Positions 63,325 through 64,000 of a stretch of 64,000 nt of DNA are shown piece after piece. Both the position numbers and the translations under genes were made by a program. The number at the start of each line of letters is the position of its first letter. The stretch's first letter is position 1. The stretch spans positions 32,001 to 96,000 of IMG/VR virus record IMGVR_UViG_3300017761_003320; one strand, written 5' to 3'. The stretch is from a virus. A model generated the notes under the pieces. That model saw only the letters and a list, made by a program, of their open reading frames with translations, did no database searches and was not told where the DNA came from.

Positions 63325-64000
63325 ATGGCATTTCCTGGGGAAACACCTACAGCTGAATTACAACAATTTCAGGGAATGAGACCTGCGCCACCAGCACGTC
63401 GCGCGCAATCACTTTATTTTCCAAATGATTATAGAAATATTGATCATTGTGTAACATTTCAAGTTAAAAAATTTGAACGTGTCACAAGAACATCAGCTTT
63501 AGCAAATGATCAAACACTTGTAAATCCTAATAGAAATACAAATGCATCTAGACTTTTGACAACTATAACTCTACCCATGCCAAGCATATTTAATACTGAA
63601 TATGGTGTAGAATATGATGACGCTAAACAAATATCATCGGTAGGTGAACTTGCTGCAACTATGGCATCAATGGCCAGAGGTGGTAATTCGGAGGCGGCCG
63701 CCCGATCTCTTGGTCAAGCATTATCACAAATATATGGTGCTGGTGCCGCGGCAGGTGGCATTGGTTCTGCCGCTCAAAATGCTGGTAATGTAATATTGAG
63801 ACAAATACAAGGTGCCACGCAAACATTAACTCCAGGCGTAGCTGGAGCTGTAGGATTAAGTGCTGCTGCTGGTTTAGCTACTAATGCATCAACATCAGCA
63901 CAAGCAGTAATTGCAAATTTTCTTGGTGTAGCACGAAATCCTCATAAGGTAGTTTTATTTCAGGGTGTCAATTTTCGTAGGCATGTATTTTCATATAAAC
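63325..64000 (+). CDS. 48: baseplate tail-tube cap gp48, partial (runs off window)
   Basis: LYFP, ITLPMP....Y...Y, NPHKVVLFQGVNFRRHVFSY; GAGGA RBS; divergent from gene 4. Confidence 0.85.
   Translation, partial: MAFPGETPTAELQQFQGMRPAPPARRAQSLYFPNDYRNIDHCVTFQVKKFERVTRTSALANDQTLVNPNRNTNASRLLTTITLPMPSIFNTEYGVEYDDAKQISSVGELAATMASMARGGNSEAAARSLGQALSQIYGAGAAAGGIGSAAQNAGNVILRQIQGATQTLTPGVAGAVGLSAAAGLATNASTSAQAVIANFLGVARNPHKVVLFQGVNFRRHVFSYK

Noticed and set aside
1-64000. Stop-codon reassignment, introns, inteins, retron or DGR
   Set aside because: Core genes are intact in the standard code; no suppressor tRNA, reverse transcriptase or splicing motifs seen

Overview
A 64-kb piece of a large lytic T4-like myophage genome in the standard genetic code. 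T4-like core genes are present: rnh, DNA ligase, dNMP kinase, phoH, genes 33, 59, 32, 26, 51, 54, 2, 4, 48 and a PAAR spike. The host is very probably an alphaproteobacterium, judged mainly from a permuted two-piece tmRNA with an ANDN...ALAA tag, supported by CtrA-like boxes and kdsA. The window holds about 16 canonical tRNAs, several atypical tRNA-like or structured RNAs, many glycosyl- and methyltransferases, and GC-richer early regions driven by a repeated promoter cassette. Top candidate system: a late-promoter operon csgF-csgG-curlin-fecR-CHASE2 adenylate cyclase, a possible amyloid-secretion-coupled cAMP signalling device. It co-occurs with six CRP-like TGTGA-N8-TCACA palindromes placed upstream of early promoters, several of which also carry TTAACC-N4-TTAACC boxes. 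Other notable items: a tRNA-Pro nested inside a protein gene, a stand-alone GGQ release-factor domain, two tRNAs sharing an unusual D-arm geometry (UAU and CAU anticodons), a seven-member paralog family, and a likely -1 frameshift fusing gp26 and gp51. All calls come from reading motifs by eye; no database search was run.
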